From Eledone cirrhosa (taxonomy: Eukaryota), in assembly GCA_964016885.1 (NCBI GenBank), contig OZ024741.1, forward strand, positions 267,840,001-267,904,000: a stretch of 64,000 nucleotides of DNA, in the 5' to 3' direction. A program made the position numbers and the translations under genes. The notes beneath the pieces are model-generated. The model made no database searches, was not told where the DNA came from, and saw nothing but the letters and a program-made list of their open reading frames with translations. Numbering within the stretch: position 1 is the first letter of the stretch; each line of letters starts with the position of its first letter. This document shows positions 43,302 to 56,192 of the stretch, piece after piece.

Positions 43302-45203
43302 GTGTTCTTCCTGAAAGTCAATCTGGTTTTCGTGCTGGACGCGGCACTACTGATGTGATCTTCTCAGCTAGACAGCTCCAGGAGAAGTGCATGGAACAAG
43401 GCTTGGATCTGTATCAGGTTTTTGTCGATCTGACAAAAGCTTTCGATACTGTTAACAGAGATGCATTATGGAAGGTTCTCCAGAAACTTGGTTGCCCTGA
43501 TAAGTTCCTTGCTTTAGTTAGGTCTTTCCATGACGACCTGAGGGCTTGGGTTAATGTCGGGGGTAACATGTCGGATCCTATCTCAGTAAAAAATGGAGTG
43601 AAACAGGGGGATATTCCGGCACCGACCCTGTTTGCCATATACTTTGCAATGGTTTTCTGTATTGCATTCAGGAATTGCGAGCATGGTGTTTACATCCGAT
43701 ATCGAACCTCAGGCAGCATATTTAACATCAGGCGCTTTGCTGCAAAGACTAAAGTATTTACATCAATCATAAGAGACCTCTTGTATGCAGATGATTGCGA
43801 TGTTGTAGCGCACACAGAGAGTAATATGCAGTACATTTTGAATGCATTTTCTGACGCTTGCACTGCCCTAGGATTGACTCTCAGTCTCAAGAAAACCGTT
43901 GTCATGTACCAACCTGCCCCTGGTAAGCAGTACACTGAATCAAACATCTATGTGTATGGCAAACGACTTGGAGTGGTTGATCAGTTTGTCTACCCGGGAA
44001 GCACTGTCAATCGATACAGCAACCTTGACAGTGAAATCTCACTTAGGATTAGGAAAGCAAGTGATGCTTTCGGAAAGCTAGAAAGGCGACTCTGGGGTCG
44101 CGAGACATATGCAGGAGGACAAAGGTAAAGGTGTACAAGGCATGTGTGCTCTCTTGTCTTCTTTATCCCTGCGAGACCTGGGTCACATATCGACATCACC
44201 TTAAGCAATTGGAGCGTTCCATCAGATGTGTCTCAGACGGATCCATGGCGTTCACTGGAGGGACCACATCAGTGATGTCGAGATTTTGGAAAGCTCTATG
44301 TGTGACAGTATAGAAGCTCTTGTGCTTAAGCAACGACTCCGTTGGAGTGGTAACCTTGCCAGGATGAAGGATTCTAGAATACCAAAACAACTCTTTTATG
44401 GAGAGTTGGTTAAAGGAAAACGATCACCACATAAACCAAAAAAGAGGTATAAGGATTCCTTGAAAGCCTCTCTGAAAGACGCTAACATCTCTGCTGATAC
44501 ATGGGAAAATATTGCTGCTGATCGTAATAAATGGAGAAAGACTGTATATGAGGGAAAAGTTGCCTTTGAGGCATCTCGAATCGCATACGAGAAAGTAAAG
44601 CGGAATGTGAGGAAGAGCATTGCTGTTGCACTTCCAGACAGCGAGGGTCCTCCTATGGTGCTGACATGCAGCGTCTGTGAGAGACTCTGCCTAAGCAAAG
44701 CTGGACTCGAAAGTCATCTTTGCAGTCATAAAGTAAGACCAGTGGTTGACTACCAGGCTGCTGTTGGAGATGCTACTCATCATGCTTGCCAAACATGTGG
44801 TAGAGAATGTAAATCAGCAGGAGGGGTCAAACGACATGCAAAAGTACATGAACTCCAACCACAGCCGACTATTTCCAGTGAATGTTTTGGTTGCCGACTC
44901 TGTGCAAGACATTTTAGATCATTGGCTGGGCTAAAAAGCCACATTCGATCGCAGCGCTGTTAGTTGCTATCGTGTGTGTGTATAGATATGTTTATGTGTG
45001 TGCGTGTATGTGTATATATATATGTATATTATTATTGTTGTTGTCGTTATTATTATTGTTGTTATTATTATTATTATTGTTGTTATTAATGTATGTGTGT
45101 ATATATGTATGTATATATATATTTATTTTTATTTTTTATTTATTTATTAATTTTTTTTTCTCCTCGTGCAATGGCCATACTTGATAACGAGGGGGCAGCC
45201 ATC

Positions 45204-45205
<2 letters not shown>
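43302..45205 (+). mobile_element. 5'-truncated RTE (BovB-like lineage) LINE: RT, three C2H2 fingers, 3' UTR
   Basis: [55 protein letters not shown]; frameshifts near 44110 and 44220; stop at 44963; tail stem-loop TGGCCATACTTGATAACGAGGGGGCAGCCATCAT. Confidence 0.93.
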
Positions 45206-45267
<62 letters not shown>

Positions 45268-45329
45268 ATATATATGTATGTATGTATATATATATGTATA
45301 TATGTATGTATGTATATATATATATATAT

Positions 45330-45364
<35 letters not shown>

Positions 45365-45365
45365 G

Positions 45366-45972
45366 TCAGGTCACCAGTTGGTGCTACTGGTAACATGTAT
45401 CCCAGTACAACTGGTCTCATGGTCAGGTCGTTGGCGACTAAACTGGCAACCCCACCAAGGTTTCTTGGTGAGGCGGGTGACTTTGGACATCCTGCAGGAC
45501 TAAAAACAAAACCTGTCAAAAGGCAAAGGAACTCTTAAGAGTCAATGGCCATCCAAAATCACCGGGAGAGATGACCCCTTAGCCTTTGTCAAGGCAGAAT
45601 TCTAGGAGAAGAAAACTCTGATATAACACCTGCAACCCTGATGGTATCCAATGATGTTGACTCATTCTTCTTTTTGGTAAATATCATCTTGGTTAAGAGA
45701 GTGGGACTGGCTTTGTGCAGTGCCTTTGCTCACTATAAAAGCTTCACGGCACAGGCATTGCTTTATATCTGGAGATCTCTCTGCACTCTTCATCACATGG
45801 TACCATGGGCCCAGCACTGTGTATCAATATTTGTCACAAGTGTAGTGTTTGTACCAGAGTTTTCAACTCGCTGGCTGGATTAAAAAGTCACACTCGTTCA
45901 GCGCATCGGTAGGGGTTCTTCTACATGGATATAAAGTAGTGGCCGTACTCGAAAACGAGTTGGCAGCCACCA

Positions 45973-45973
<1 letters not shown>
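45366..45973 (+). mobile_element. Non-autonomous RTE derivative (5' UTR-like body plus RTE 3' tail)
   Basis: Non-coding; contains CTAGGAGAAGAAAACTCTGA, a motif reminiscent of RTE 5' UTRs; ends GTGGCCGTACTCGAAAACGAGTTGGCAGCCACCAT, matching the tail at 45170-45205. Confidence 0.6.
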
Positions 45974-46005
<32 letters not shown>

Positions 46006-46217
46006 ATATATATATATATATATATGTGTGTATGTATATATATATGTATGTATATATATATATGTATGTATATATATATGTATGTATATATATATATGTA
46101 TGTATATATATATATGTATGTATATATATATATATGTATGTATATATATATATATGTATGTATATATATATATGTATGTATATATACTATATATATATAT
46201 ATGTATGTATACTACAG

Positions 46218-46806
46218 TCAGTAGGCATCTCTAACAAAATGCACCCCGTCCCACCACCCCTACCCCATCCACACCACCCCTTTCAATGTAAAGTTATGTT
46301 GGTGCCACAACATCCAGGCCGAAACAAATGAGATCGTGTAGGTGTCACGTCAAAAAACACACAGTTCACGCTGTAATGTGGCCGTGTAGGCAACACGGTA
46401 AAAAACCTCCCAGCCCCACACTGTAAAATGTGGTTGGTGTTAGGAAGTTCATCCAACTGTAGAAAACCCGCCAGACAGTCCACGCTGTAATGTGGCCGTG
46501 TAGGCAACACAGTAAAAACCTCCCAGCCCCACACTGTAAATGTGGTTGGTGTTAGGAAGTTCATCCAACTGTAGAAAACCCGCCAGACAGTCCACGCTGT
46601 AATGTGGCCGTGTAGGCAACACGGTAAAAACCTCCCAGCCCCACACTGTAAATGTGGTTGGTGTTAGGAAGGGCATCCAGCTGTAGAAAACCCGCCAGAT
46701 AGTCCTATGCGAGCAAGATAACCACTCTTGCCTCAAGTGGGAAAACCCTCCGTCCAAACCCATGCAAGCGTGGAACACGGACGTTAAACGATGATGATGA
46801 TGATGA
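46218..46806 (+). mobile_element. RTE 3' UTR fragment with an internal triplication of about 112 bp
   Basis: Units start at 46367, 46481 and 46593; normal tail and (GAT)n at the end. Confidence 0.9.
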
Positions 46807-46880
46807 TATATATATGTATGTATATATATATGTATGTATATATATATGTATGTATGTATATATATATATATATATGTATG

Positions 46881-46911
<31 letters not shown>

Positions 46912-47296
46912 GTATATATATGTATGTATGTATATATATGTATGCATGTATATATATGTATGTATGTATATATATGTATGTATGTATGTATATATATGTA
47001 TGTATGTATGTATATATATGTATGTATGTATGTATATATATGTATGTATGTATATATATGTATGTATGTATATATATGTATGTATGTATATATATGTATG
47101 TATGTATATATATGTATGTATGTATATATATGTATGTATGTATATATATGTATGTATGTATGTATATATATATATATGTATGTATATATATATATATGTA
47201 TGTATATATATATATATATGTATGTATATATATATATATATATGTATGTATATATATATATGTATGTATATATATATATGTATATATATATATATG

Positions 47297-47958
47297 TATT
47301 AAGATAAGCAGAACAAGTTAAATTCAATCAATTTTTTAAAATACATTAAAAAATATAATATAAATATTTACCTCTCCTAGTGGCCCTTACTGATCAGTTT
47401 CGCTTTGTAAAACCTCATAAATCCGATGGATTTATGATGGAAAACCAAAGCTCATCAGAGAAGCATTTTCCCTTCCTAGGGCTAAATGTCCCAGGAACGA
47501 CAAAATATACAACCTCCTGCCAGCTAATAAAGGTCTGAAAGGTCGTAAAAGTGACCCGTATGTAAACTGGACCGAAGTAAAAGCGGGAAAATCAAAGACT
47601 TGCTGTCTACAATTACTACTAAAAAAATAGCAGCTAAATAGACCAACAGGATTGTTCTCAACGGACGGAGAAAAAGATTGAAGTTAATATATCCAGGGAT
47701 ACTAACTACCCCTAGAAATACATAGGTTGTCTATGATTCAAGGTTGTTCAATGGTATTAATTTGATACACCAGAACTTTAATATTAAGATAAGCAGAACA
47801 AGTAAAATTCAATCAATTTTTTTAAAATACATTAAAAAATATAATATAAATATTTACCTCTCCTAGTGGCCCTTACTGATCAGTTTCGCTTTGTAAAACC
47901 TCATAAATCCTATGTATTTCTGGGGGTACCTAGTATCCCTGGACATATTAACTTCAAT
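47297..47958 (-). mobile_element. Retrozyme- or Penelope-pLTR-like non-coding element: 1.27 tandem units of about 486 bp plus an inverted 50-bp 5' segment
   Basis: 47297-47424 is directly repeated at 47782-47910; 47909-47958 is an inverted copy of 47677-47726; contains a hammerhead; flanked by (TA)n. Confidence 0.75.
47376..47482 (-). ncRNA. Type I hammerhead ribozyme with extended stem II
   Basis: Minus strand: CCUAG..GCUUCU-CUGAUGA-GCUUUG..UCAUAAAUCC(AUC)GGAUUUAUGA..CAAAGC-GAAAC-UGAUCA-GUA/AGGGC-CA-CUAGG. All conserved core residues are present; predicted cleavage between 47388 and 47387. Confidence 0.85.
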
Positions 47959-48081
47959 ATATATATATGTATGTATATATATATATATATGTATGTATAT
48001 GTATGTATATATATATATATATGTATGTATATGTATGTATATATATATGTATGTATATGTATATATATATATATATGTATG

Positions 48082-48170
<89 letters not shown>

Positions 48171-48193
48171 GTATGTATATATATATATGTATG

Positions 48194-48248
<55 letters not shown>

Positions 48249-48259
48249 ATATATGTATG

Positions 48260-48304
<45 letters not shown>

Positions 48305-48305
48305 G

Positions 48306-48336
<31 letters not shown>

Positions 48337-48341
48337 GTATG

Positions 48342-48508
<167 letters not shown>

Positions 48509-48541
48509 GTATATATATATATATATATATGTATGTATATA

Positions 48542-48606
<65 letters not shown>

Positions 48607-48665
48607 ATATATATATATATGTATATATATATTTATATGTATATATATATATATATGTATGTATG

Positions 48666-48722
<57 letters not shown>

Positions 48723-48723
48723 G

Positions 48724-48770
<47 letters not shown>

Positions 48771-48775
48771 GTATG

Positions 48776-48806
<31 letters not shown>

Positions 48807-48872
48807 GTATGTATATATATATATATATGTATATATATATGTATGTATATATATATATATGTATATATATAT

Positions 48873-49125
48873 TTCGTTTCTGAATTTGTTTAGCAAGATT
48901 CTTTATCTGAAATCGTGTGTTGAAACCGATATTGTTATACTTTGGGAGGGTCATGTTGCCAATAAGAAACACACGCACCAGTTGCTTTCACTTCAATTTA
49001 ATTTATTAAATATTTATAAATTTACAAATTTATAAATTTCTGGTTGGTTGGTTGGTTCCACAACCAGATAGTTGTTTATATATATATAGTCATAGTTCTT
49101 TCGTCACACACTCTGTGACCTCTTT
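48873..49125 (-). mobile_element. Penelope-pLTR-like island starting with a 5'-truncated hammerhead motif
   Basis: Minus strand 49124-49089: AAGA-G-GUCACA..UGUGAC-GAAAG-AA-CUA; CUG is lost at the microsatellite junction; AATAAA lies downstream. Confidence 0.5.
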
Positions 49126-49155
49126 ATATATATATATATATATATGTATATGTAT

Positions 49156-49225
<70 letters not shown>

Positions 49226-49695
49226 GTATATATATATGTATATGTATGTATATATATGTATATATATATGTATATATATATGTATATGTATGTATATATG
49301 TATATGTATGTATATATGTATATATATGTATATGTATATATATATGTATGTATATATATATGTATATGTATGTATATATGTATATGTATGTATATATGTA
49401 TATATATGTATATGTATATATATATGTATGTATATATATATGTATATGTATGTATATATATATATGTATGTATATATATATATGTATGTATATATATATA
49501 TATATGTATGTATATATATATATATATGTATGTATATATATATATATATGTATGTATATATATATATATATGTATGTATATATATATATATATATGTATG
49601 TATATATATATATATATATGTATGTATATATATGTATATATATATATATATATGTATGTATATATATGTATATGTATGTATATATATGTATGTAA

Positions 49696-49727
<32 letters not shown>

Positions 49728-49805
49728 GTATATGTATGTATATATATGTATGTAAATATGTATGTGTATGTATATATATATATGTATGTAAATATATATG
49801 TATAT

Positions 49806-50280
49806 GTCCCCACACTGTAAATGTGGTTGGTGTTAGGAAGGGCATCCAACTGTAGAAAACCCGCCAGACAGTCCTATGCGAGCAAGACAACCACTCCTGC
49901 CTCAAGTGGGAAAACCCCCGTCCAAACCCATGCAAGCGTGGAACACGGACGCTAAACCTGATGATGATGATGATGATGATGATGATATATGTATGCATAT
50001 ATATGTATGTATATATATATATATGTATATATATATGTAGAAAACCCGCCAGACAGTCCACGCTGTAATGTGGCCGTGTAGGCAACACGGTAAAAACCTC
50101 CCAGCCCCACACTGTAAATGTGGTTGGTGTTATGAAGGGCATCCAGCTGTAGAAAACCCGCCAGACAGTCCTATGCGAGCAAGACACCCACTCTTGCCTC
50201 AAGTGGGAAAACCCCCGTCCAAACCCATGCAAGCGTGGAACACGGACGCTAAACCTGATGATGATGATGATGATGATGAT
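49806..50280 (+). mobile_element. Two tandem RTE 3' UTR/tail fragments (49806-49985 and 50036-50280)
   Basis: Both end CCCATGCAAGCGTGGAACACGGACGCTAAACC(TGA)n and share the GCTAAACC variant. Confidence 0.9.
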
Positions 50281-50606
50281 ATATATATGTATGTATATAT
50301 ATGTATATGTATATATATATATGTATGTATATATATATATGTATGTATATATATATGTGTATGTATGTATATGTATGTATATATATGTATGTATGTATAT
50401 ATATATGAATGTATATATATATGTATATGTATGTATATATATATATGTATATATATGTACATGTATGTGTTTGTATGTATGTATTCATCATCATCATCAT
50501 CATTTTATGTCCGCTTTTCCCTGCTTGCAAGGGATATATATGTATATGTATGTATATATATGTATATATATGTATACGTATGTATATATATGTATGTATA
50601 TATATG

Positions 50607-50639
<33 letters not shown>

Positions 50640-50846
50640 GTATATGTATGTATATATATGTATATGTCATCATCATTATCGTTTAACGTCCATCTTCCAC
50701 GCTTGCATGGTATGTATATATATGTATGTATATATATGTATATGTATGTATATGTATGTATATATATATATATATCTGTTTATGTATGTGTATATATATG
50801 TATGTATATATATATAAATATATGTTTATGTATGTGTATATATATG

Positions 50847-50883
<37 letters not shown>

Positions 50884-50944
50884 GTTTATGTATGTGTATA
50901 TATATGTATATATATATATATGTTTATGTATGTGTATATATATG

Positions 50945-50977
<33 letters not shown>

Positions 50978-51937
50978 GTTTATGTATGTGTATATATATG
51001 TATATATATATGTTTATGTATGTGTATATATATGTATCTGTTTATGTATGTGTATATATATGTATGTATATATATATATATCTGTTTATGTATGTGTATA
51101 TATATGTATGTATATATATATATATATATCTGTTTATGTATGTGTATATATTTGTATGTATATATATATACATGTGTTTATGTATGTGTATATATATATA
51201 TGTATGTATAAATATCCATGTTTATGTATGTGTATGTGTATATATATATATATATGTATGTATATATATATACATGTGTTTATGTATGTGTATATGTATG
51301 TATATATATATACATGTTTATGTAAGTGTATATATATGTATATATATTTATATATATACACACACACACACATGCATGTGTGTGTCTATATACTATTTTT
51401 CTTTTTGCTTCTATATGTATGTGCATTAAAAGCATTTCTCTTCCGTCAATCAGTAAAATCATTTTCTATCATAATCTGCTTTATAAATAATCTTTGTATT
51501 TGCAGAGATGATTTTTCTCTATTATAGAATTATTATTGTCATTATTATTATTAATATAAGAATTATTATCTATCACAATCTCCATAAGTTGCTTAATTTT
51601 TATATTTAAAATTAGTCAAGGAAACATTGACATTTTATATTATTTCCTATATTCTGTCTGTGTGTGTGTGTATGTGTATCTATATAAATATACAAATTAT
51701 GTTTATATATTATTCCTCTAAGAGGATGCTAAATCTACCTAAATAAGTGTACATGATGGCAAACCAGTGAAATTGATGGCATTTTCCATTCTAAAAGAAT
51801 TAAATGAAGATGTTATTTCATCAAAAGTCTCAGGTGTCATGTTAAAAAGGGGTTTAAAGTTTCACAAAATCCAGCAATAATTGTGAAGAAGTAAAATTTA
51901 TCATGCATCAGACCAAATTCCTTTTATGGTCTTTAAT

Positions 51938-52513
51938 TCACCCTTTTTGTTACTACATTTCTAATGAAAGACACAACCTATGGTTTTCAAATAATCAAGA
52001 ATTTAGAGTGATTTAGGAATATAACTTTCTCATTGATAAGCTGGTGTTTAGAACATAGCTTAATAAATATTCTTGCATAAAATTATATGATGAAAAGTTT
52101 TTTAGATAAATAGAAACACTTAAAAATAAGTCAGTGAATTGCTTTGTTGTATTCATTTCAGCTCTCTACTCCCAAATCCTGCCATGGTCAACTTTGCCTT
52201 TCATCCATTCAAGATTGCTAAAAAAAAATACTAGTCTAGTACTGGAGTCGATTCTTCCTTTATATCTTTTTCTCACTTCCATTCTCTCATTCTCTCTATC
52301 CTTCTCTGGAAGAAATCTGCTGTTTTCAGACCTGGAGAGGACTTAAACTCCGCCAAAATTTTTAAAATGCCCTAGAAAAGCCGTATATCAATATGGCGCC
52401 CTTACAACTCCCCCAGGAGTTATGGAACAAGAGAAAGAAACCCTTAAAAATAAACAGTTTCATATCATAGAACTGCTAGTAGCTTCAGGCAGTTTACTAT
52501 CAAAAGGATTAAA
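51938..52513. mobile_element. piggyBac-like MITE interrupted by a composite SINE (52130-52435)
   Basis: TTCACCCTTTTTG start and TATCAAAAGGATTAA end; AGAAAC(A/C)CTTAAAAATAA duplicated at about 52112 and 52436. Confidence 0.6.
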
Positions 52514-53978
52514 TCATTTTACATTCTGAATTTAAATCCTCCCAATATTCATTTTTATTTTCCTTTCCTCTTTCCAGGTAACTACCAGTCATGTACGGGG
52601 GGTGCGATTTAATCAACCTGTCCTTGGCTCTCAAAATATGTAACCTTGTACACCTAGAGTAGAAGTCAATAAGTTAAACAATGTTTGATTATTCTGACCA
52701 ATGATAGTTAGTTGTTATTTGGCTTCAGGTCAGCAGTTTTATGATGAATAGTATTCCAACCATGACCATCCATGGTAGTTTGTATTTTTTATGGAATTCA
52801 ACCATCTAGATCTATTTGAAATATTGTTATAGAAACCATGTGTATCTGGTTTGGAGGAGATACTCCGTATTCCTGCATATTGTAAGAAGCAACTAAAAGG
52901 GTTGGTGTCAGGATGGGCATCCAGCTGTAAAACATTGCTTCAAAAAGTCCCATCTGACCCATGCCAACATGGAAAAGACTACATAGAAATAATGATGATG
53001 ATAACAGAGACTATATTTTACCCTAAATGTTGCACAAGTAACAGAACTTGGAAACAAATTGTCACATTATCTCATAGAGCCTTGTAAGTTATTATCCTTG
53101 AGATCAATAAAATAAAGTACTAGTCAAATACTGGGGGCGATATAATCAACTTTCCTTTTCCTCAAAAGTTGCTGGCCTTGTGCCAAAATTAGAAGCCATT
53201 ATTTATTAATTTCATTTTTTATATATTGCATTTGTGAACAACAGCATTGTTGGTTATAAGTTTTCTCAGCCTAAATCATTGGCTCAATGCATACCTGTTG
53301 GTGAGATTAACAAGGGAGTGTCCATGTAACTTGGGCAGAACATATACTATGGGGTAGTTTTTGCTTGGTGCACTGATTGATTAATAATTCTTCAATATAT
53401 ACATTTTTTATAGATAAACACACACACATCAGGTTTCCTCATTGTTTCTTTCTCCTAAAATTCATTTGTAAAGCATAGACCAACATAGAGCTATTGTATA
53501 AGACTCACTTAAGGTCCCAGACAGTGGTATTGAAGCTTAAACAACATGTTTGTCAAGTGAACTTCTTAACCACACAGCTATCGCTTATAAAAAGAAATCA
53601 GTATCTTGAATAGATTATTTTGAAAACAGGCATTCCAAAAATTCTAATTGAATTTATTTTAAAATCCTAGCAGAATCATTGGAGTGTCTGATGAAAAACC
53701 TTGTGATATTTGTTTCAACTATTTACATTTTGAGTTCAAATCCTGTGATGGTCAACCCTGATTTTTATCCCTATAGAGTCGATAAAATAAGGTACCAGTC
53801 AAATACTGGTGTCAATATAATCAATTGTTCCTTTCTCCTTGTACCCATGATAGTATGGGATAGAAAAACTGACACCATGAGATTGTGAAGCAAATGTCTT
53901 AACTGCACTGCCATGGCAGGGCCTATTTTAATATTCTATAACAGAAATGAAAACAGCTTTCATAAAGTTTATAAATTA

Positions 53979-55807
53979 CAGCCTATTTCTATTTAACACA
54001 GAATGAGTTTTTCTTAACAGGGTGCAAGTTACACCAATCGATGCTTTTATTGATGTAGTCACTGTTGGAGTAGCATAACATGCTGGGCCAAAGAGCAAGA
54101 ATCTGTGTGCTAGCACTTTCCACTTGCACCAATCACATGTCCATTTAGCTTTCAACAGCAATGAACGAAGGTCGTTATTTTCCTCTTTCTTGTACCACGT
54201 ACTTTTTCTTCAGGTTTCTAGAGTTAAAGTACTTTTACTCATTAGAATACAAGGAATAAGGGAAAGAAGGAAAGTGGGAATGTTTGTTTCAAATATTAAA
54301 AAAAGCAAAATGTTATTACTTTAGAGATAAAACTTGAAATAATTAAAATATATGAATGTAGTGTAAGAAAATCAATCTTAAGATGTCCTTTTGGAATGTA
54401 ACAATATGGAATCATTTTGAGACATGCTGATGATTATAAGGAGGGTAAAAGGTTTCATCTTCAACTGCAATATTTAAAATTGAAGAGAGAAAATGATGGA
54501 AATAAAATGTTTGTTACTAATATGGATAAAAGATTGCAATCAAAACTGAATGAGACAATGAAGCAATGGACAAAAAGGATTTTATAGGAAGCTCTGACTT
54601 GTTTAAACTGATTAAAAACTACATTGGATTGTACAATGTTAGAACAAGAAGCTACAAAAAATGTTAACAAAAATTTTAAATTGTCAAATAATAAACTATA
54701 ATGACAGATCAATATTTAATGTTGGTGAAACTAGTTTATTTTGGAAGTGCATTTTTACAAAAACATTCCTTGTGAAAGAAAAATAATCCTGGTTTTAAAT
54801 TGTCATAAAACTGAATCTCGGTTTTGATGGGAGGTGATTTTAAACCAAATTTGATGGTTATAAACAATATTCAAAACCTTAGAGCTCTCGGAGGGTACAG
54901 TTATCTAGTGCTCAAATAAAAAAAAAAACATGAGTAATAGTCATTTTTTGAAGATTGGATCAAGACATTTTTCTGTTCATCACTAAAAAGATATTGTGAA
55001 CAAAATAATCTTAGTCATAAAGTTTTGTTGCTTTTAGATGATGATCCTGGCCACCTTCCTTCAATAAAATGACTTGAGGGAAAATGTAAAATTCATCTTT
55101 TTATCTCCTAATACCACATTCATTTTGAGGTCATTGCAACTTTTAAGGTCAATTATCTAAAAATCACTTTCGAATATGCAATACAAGATACAAGTGATAA
55201 CCCAATTTCAGTAGTCAAGTTCTGCAAGAAATTTAATAAAAAGTGTCGTTGAAAATATTCAAGAGTCATAACTGTGAGTGACATTAAGTAAAATGGGAGC
55301 TGTATAGAAAGAACTTTTGCTTTATTGTGCAAATGATTTTGTCAGATTTAGCCACCACAGTCACAGCTGTTGATGAAATTGTCGCTATTGGACAGGAATT
55401 AGGCTTTAGTGAAGTAGACTCACCGAATGTGTAGGAATTATTGAACTCACATCTTGAAAGAATCATGTAATTCTGCTGAATGATTGATAAAGCATCGGCC
55501 TACTACAGGGAAAAGTATGAAAAGAAAAGAAAACAAGAGTTTTCAGACTACACTAGATGAATTTTTTTGTCAAAAAACTAAAAATAAAATAATAATGATA
55601 AATAAAAATAAATGTTAAATTTTGATTTTTAGTATCTTATTTTGCTTTCTATTCATTTTATATCACTAGTGAAACAGAAATATTTATAAAAGAGAGATTT
55701 TGAAAAATAGTTGGATGGATTACAATATTTTATATTCAATCAACACTATTTCATTTAACATAGTATTTTACAGGGCTTGATTAACTATATTAAATGAGGG
55801 ATTACTG
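53979..55807 (+). pseudogene. Degraded pogo/Tigger DNA transposon (DDE_1-type transposase relic)
   Basis: Broken frames give IFNVGETSLFWK (about 54710), PRAL, KVLLLLDDDPGH (about 55020) and FLSPNTT; the right end ATTAAATGAGGGATTACTG-TA is TIR-like; the left TIR (TA-CAGCCTATTTCTATTTAA) is only weakly similar. Confidence 0.8.
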
Positions 55808-55949
55808 TATCATTGTATCCTTTCACTTTTGTTATATTTTGTAATAGTATTATCATATATACTTTTAAGAACCAATGTCTGTAGAGAGTAATCAAGTGTC
55901 AAAGCTGTAGAGAACTTGTCAAAGAGTTGGAAGAACTCTTCAGTATCAA

Positions 55950-56192
55950 AGACATGACAACCTCCCAAGTGTTGGTGCCATGATAAAATGTACTCAGCAG
56001 AGTGTGTGGACATTTGTAAGCAAGATGCTTGCATGAACACTAAGAGTGCAAGAACATAAGTAAGCAAGATGCAGGTCCTCGGCCCATCTGAAAGATCAGT
56101 AGCTCCACTTGAGTACTGACTTAGTTTATGACAACTCACCCATTGCTTACTAGTGGGAAAACTGGACATTAAATGATGATGATGATGATGAT
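55950..56192 (+). mobile_element. Old RTE-tailed repeat fragment
   Basis: Ends CCCATTGCTTACTAGTGGGAAAACTGGACATTAAA(TGA)n; a related inverted copy lies at about 58660-58770. Confidence 0.6.

Noticed and set aside
45366-45460. Complete HDV-like ribozyme
   Set aside because: A P4-like hairpin and C-UAA-ACUGG are suggestive, but P1, P3 and P1.1 could not be threaded by eye; kept only as a test within the bipartite RTE finding.
53976-54161. 61-aa ORF with a CxxC motif
   Set aside because: Short, no recognisable family, and lies antisense within the putative 5' region of the Tigger relic.
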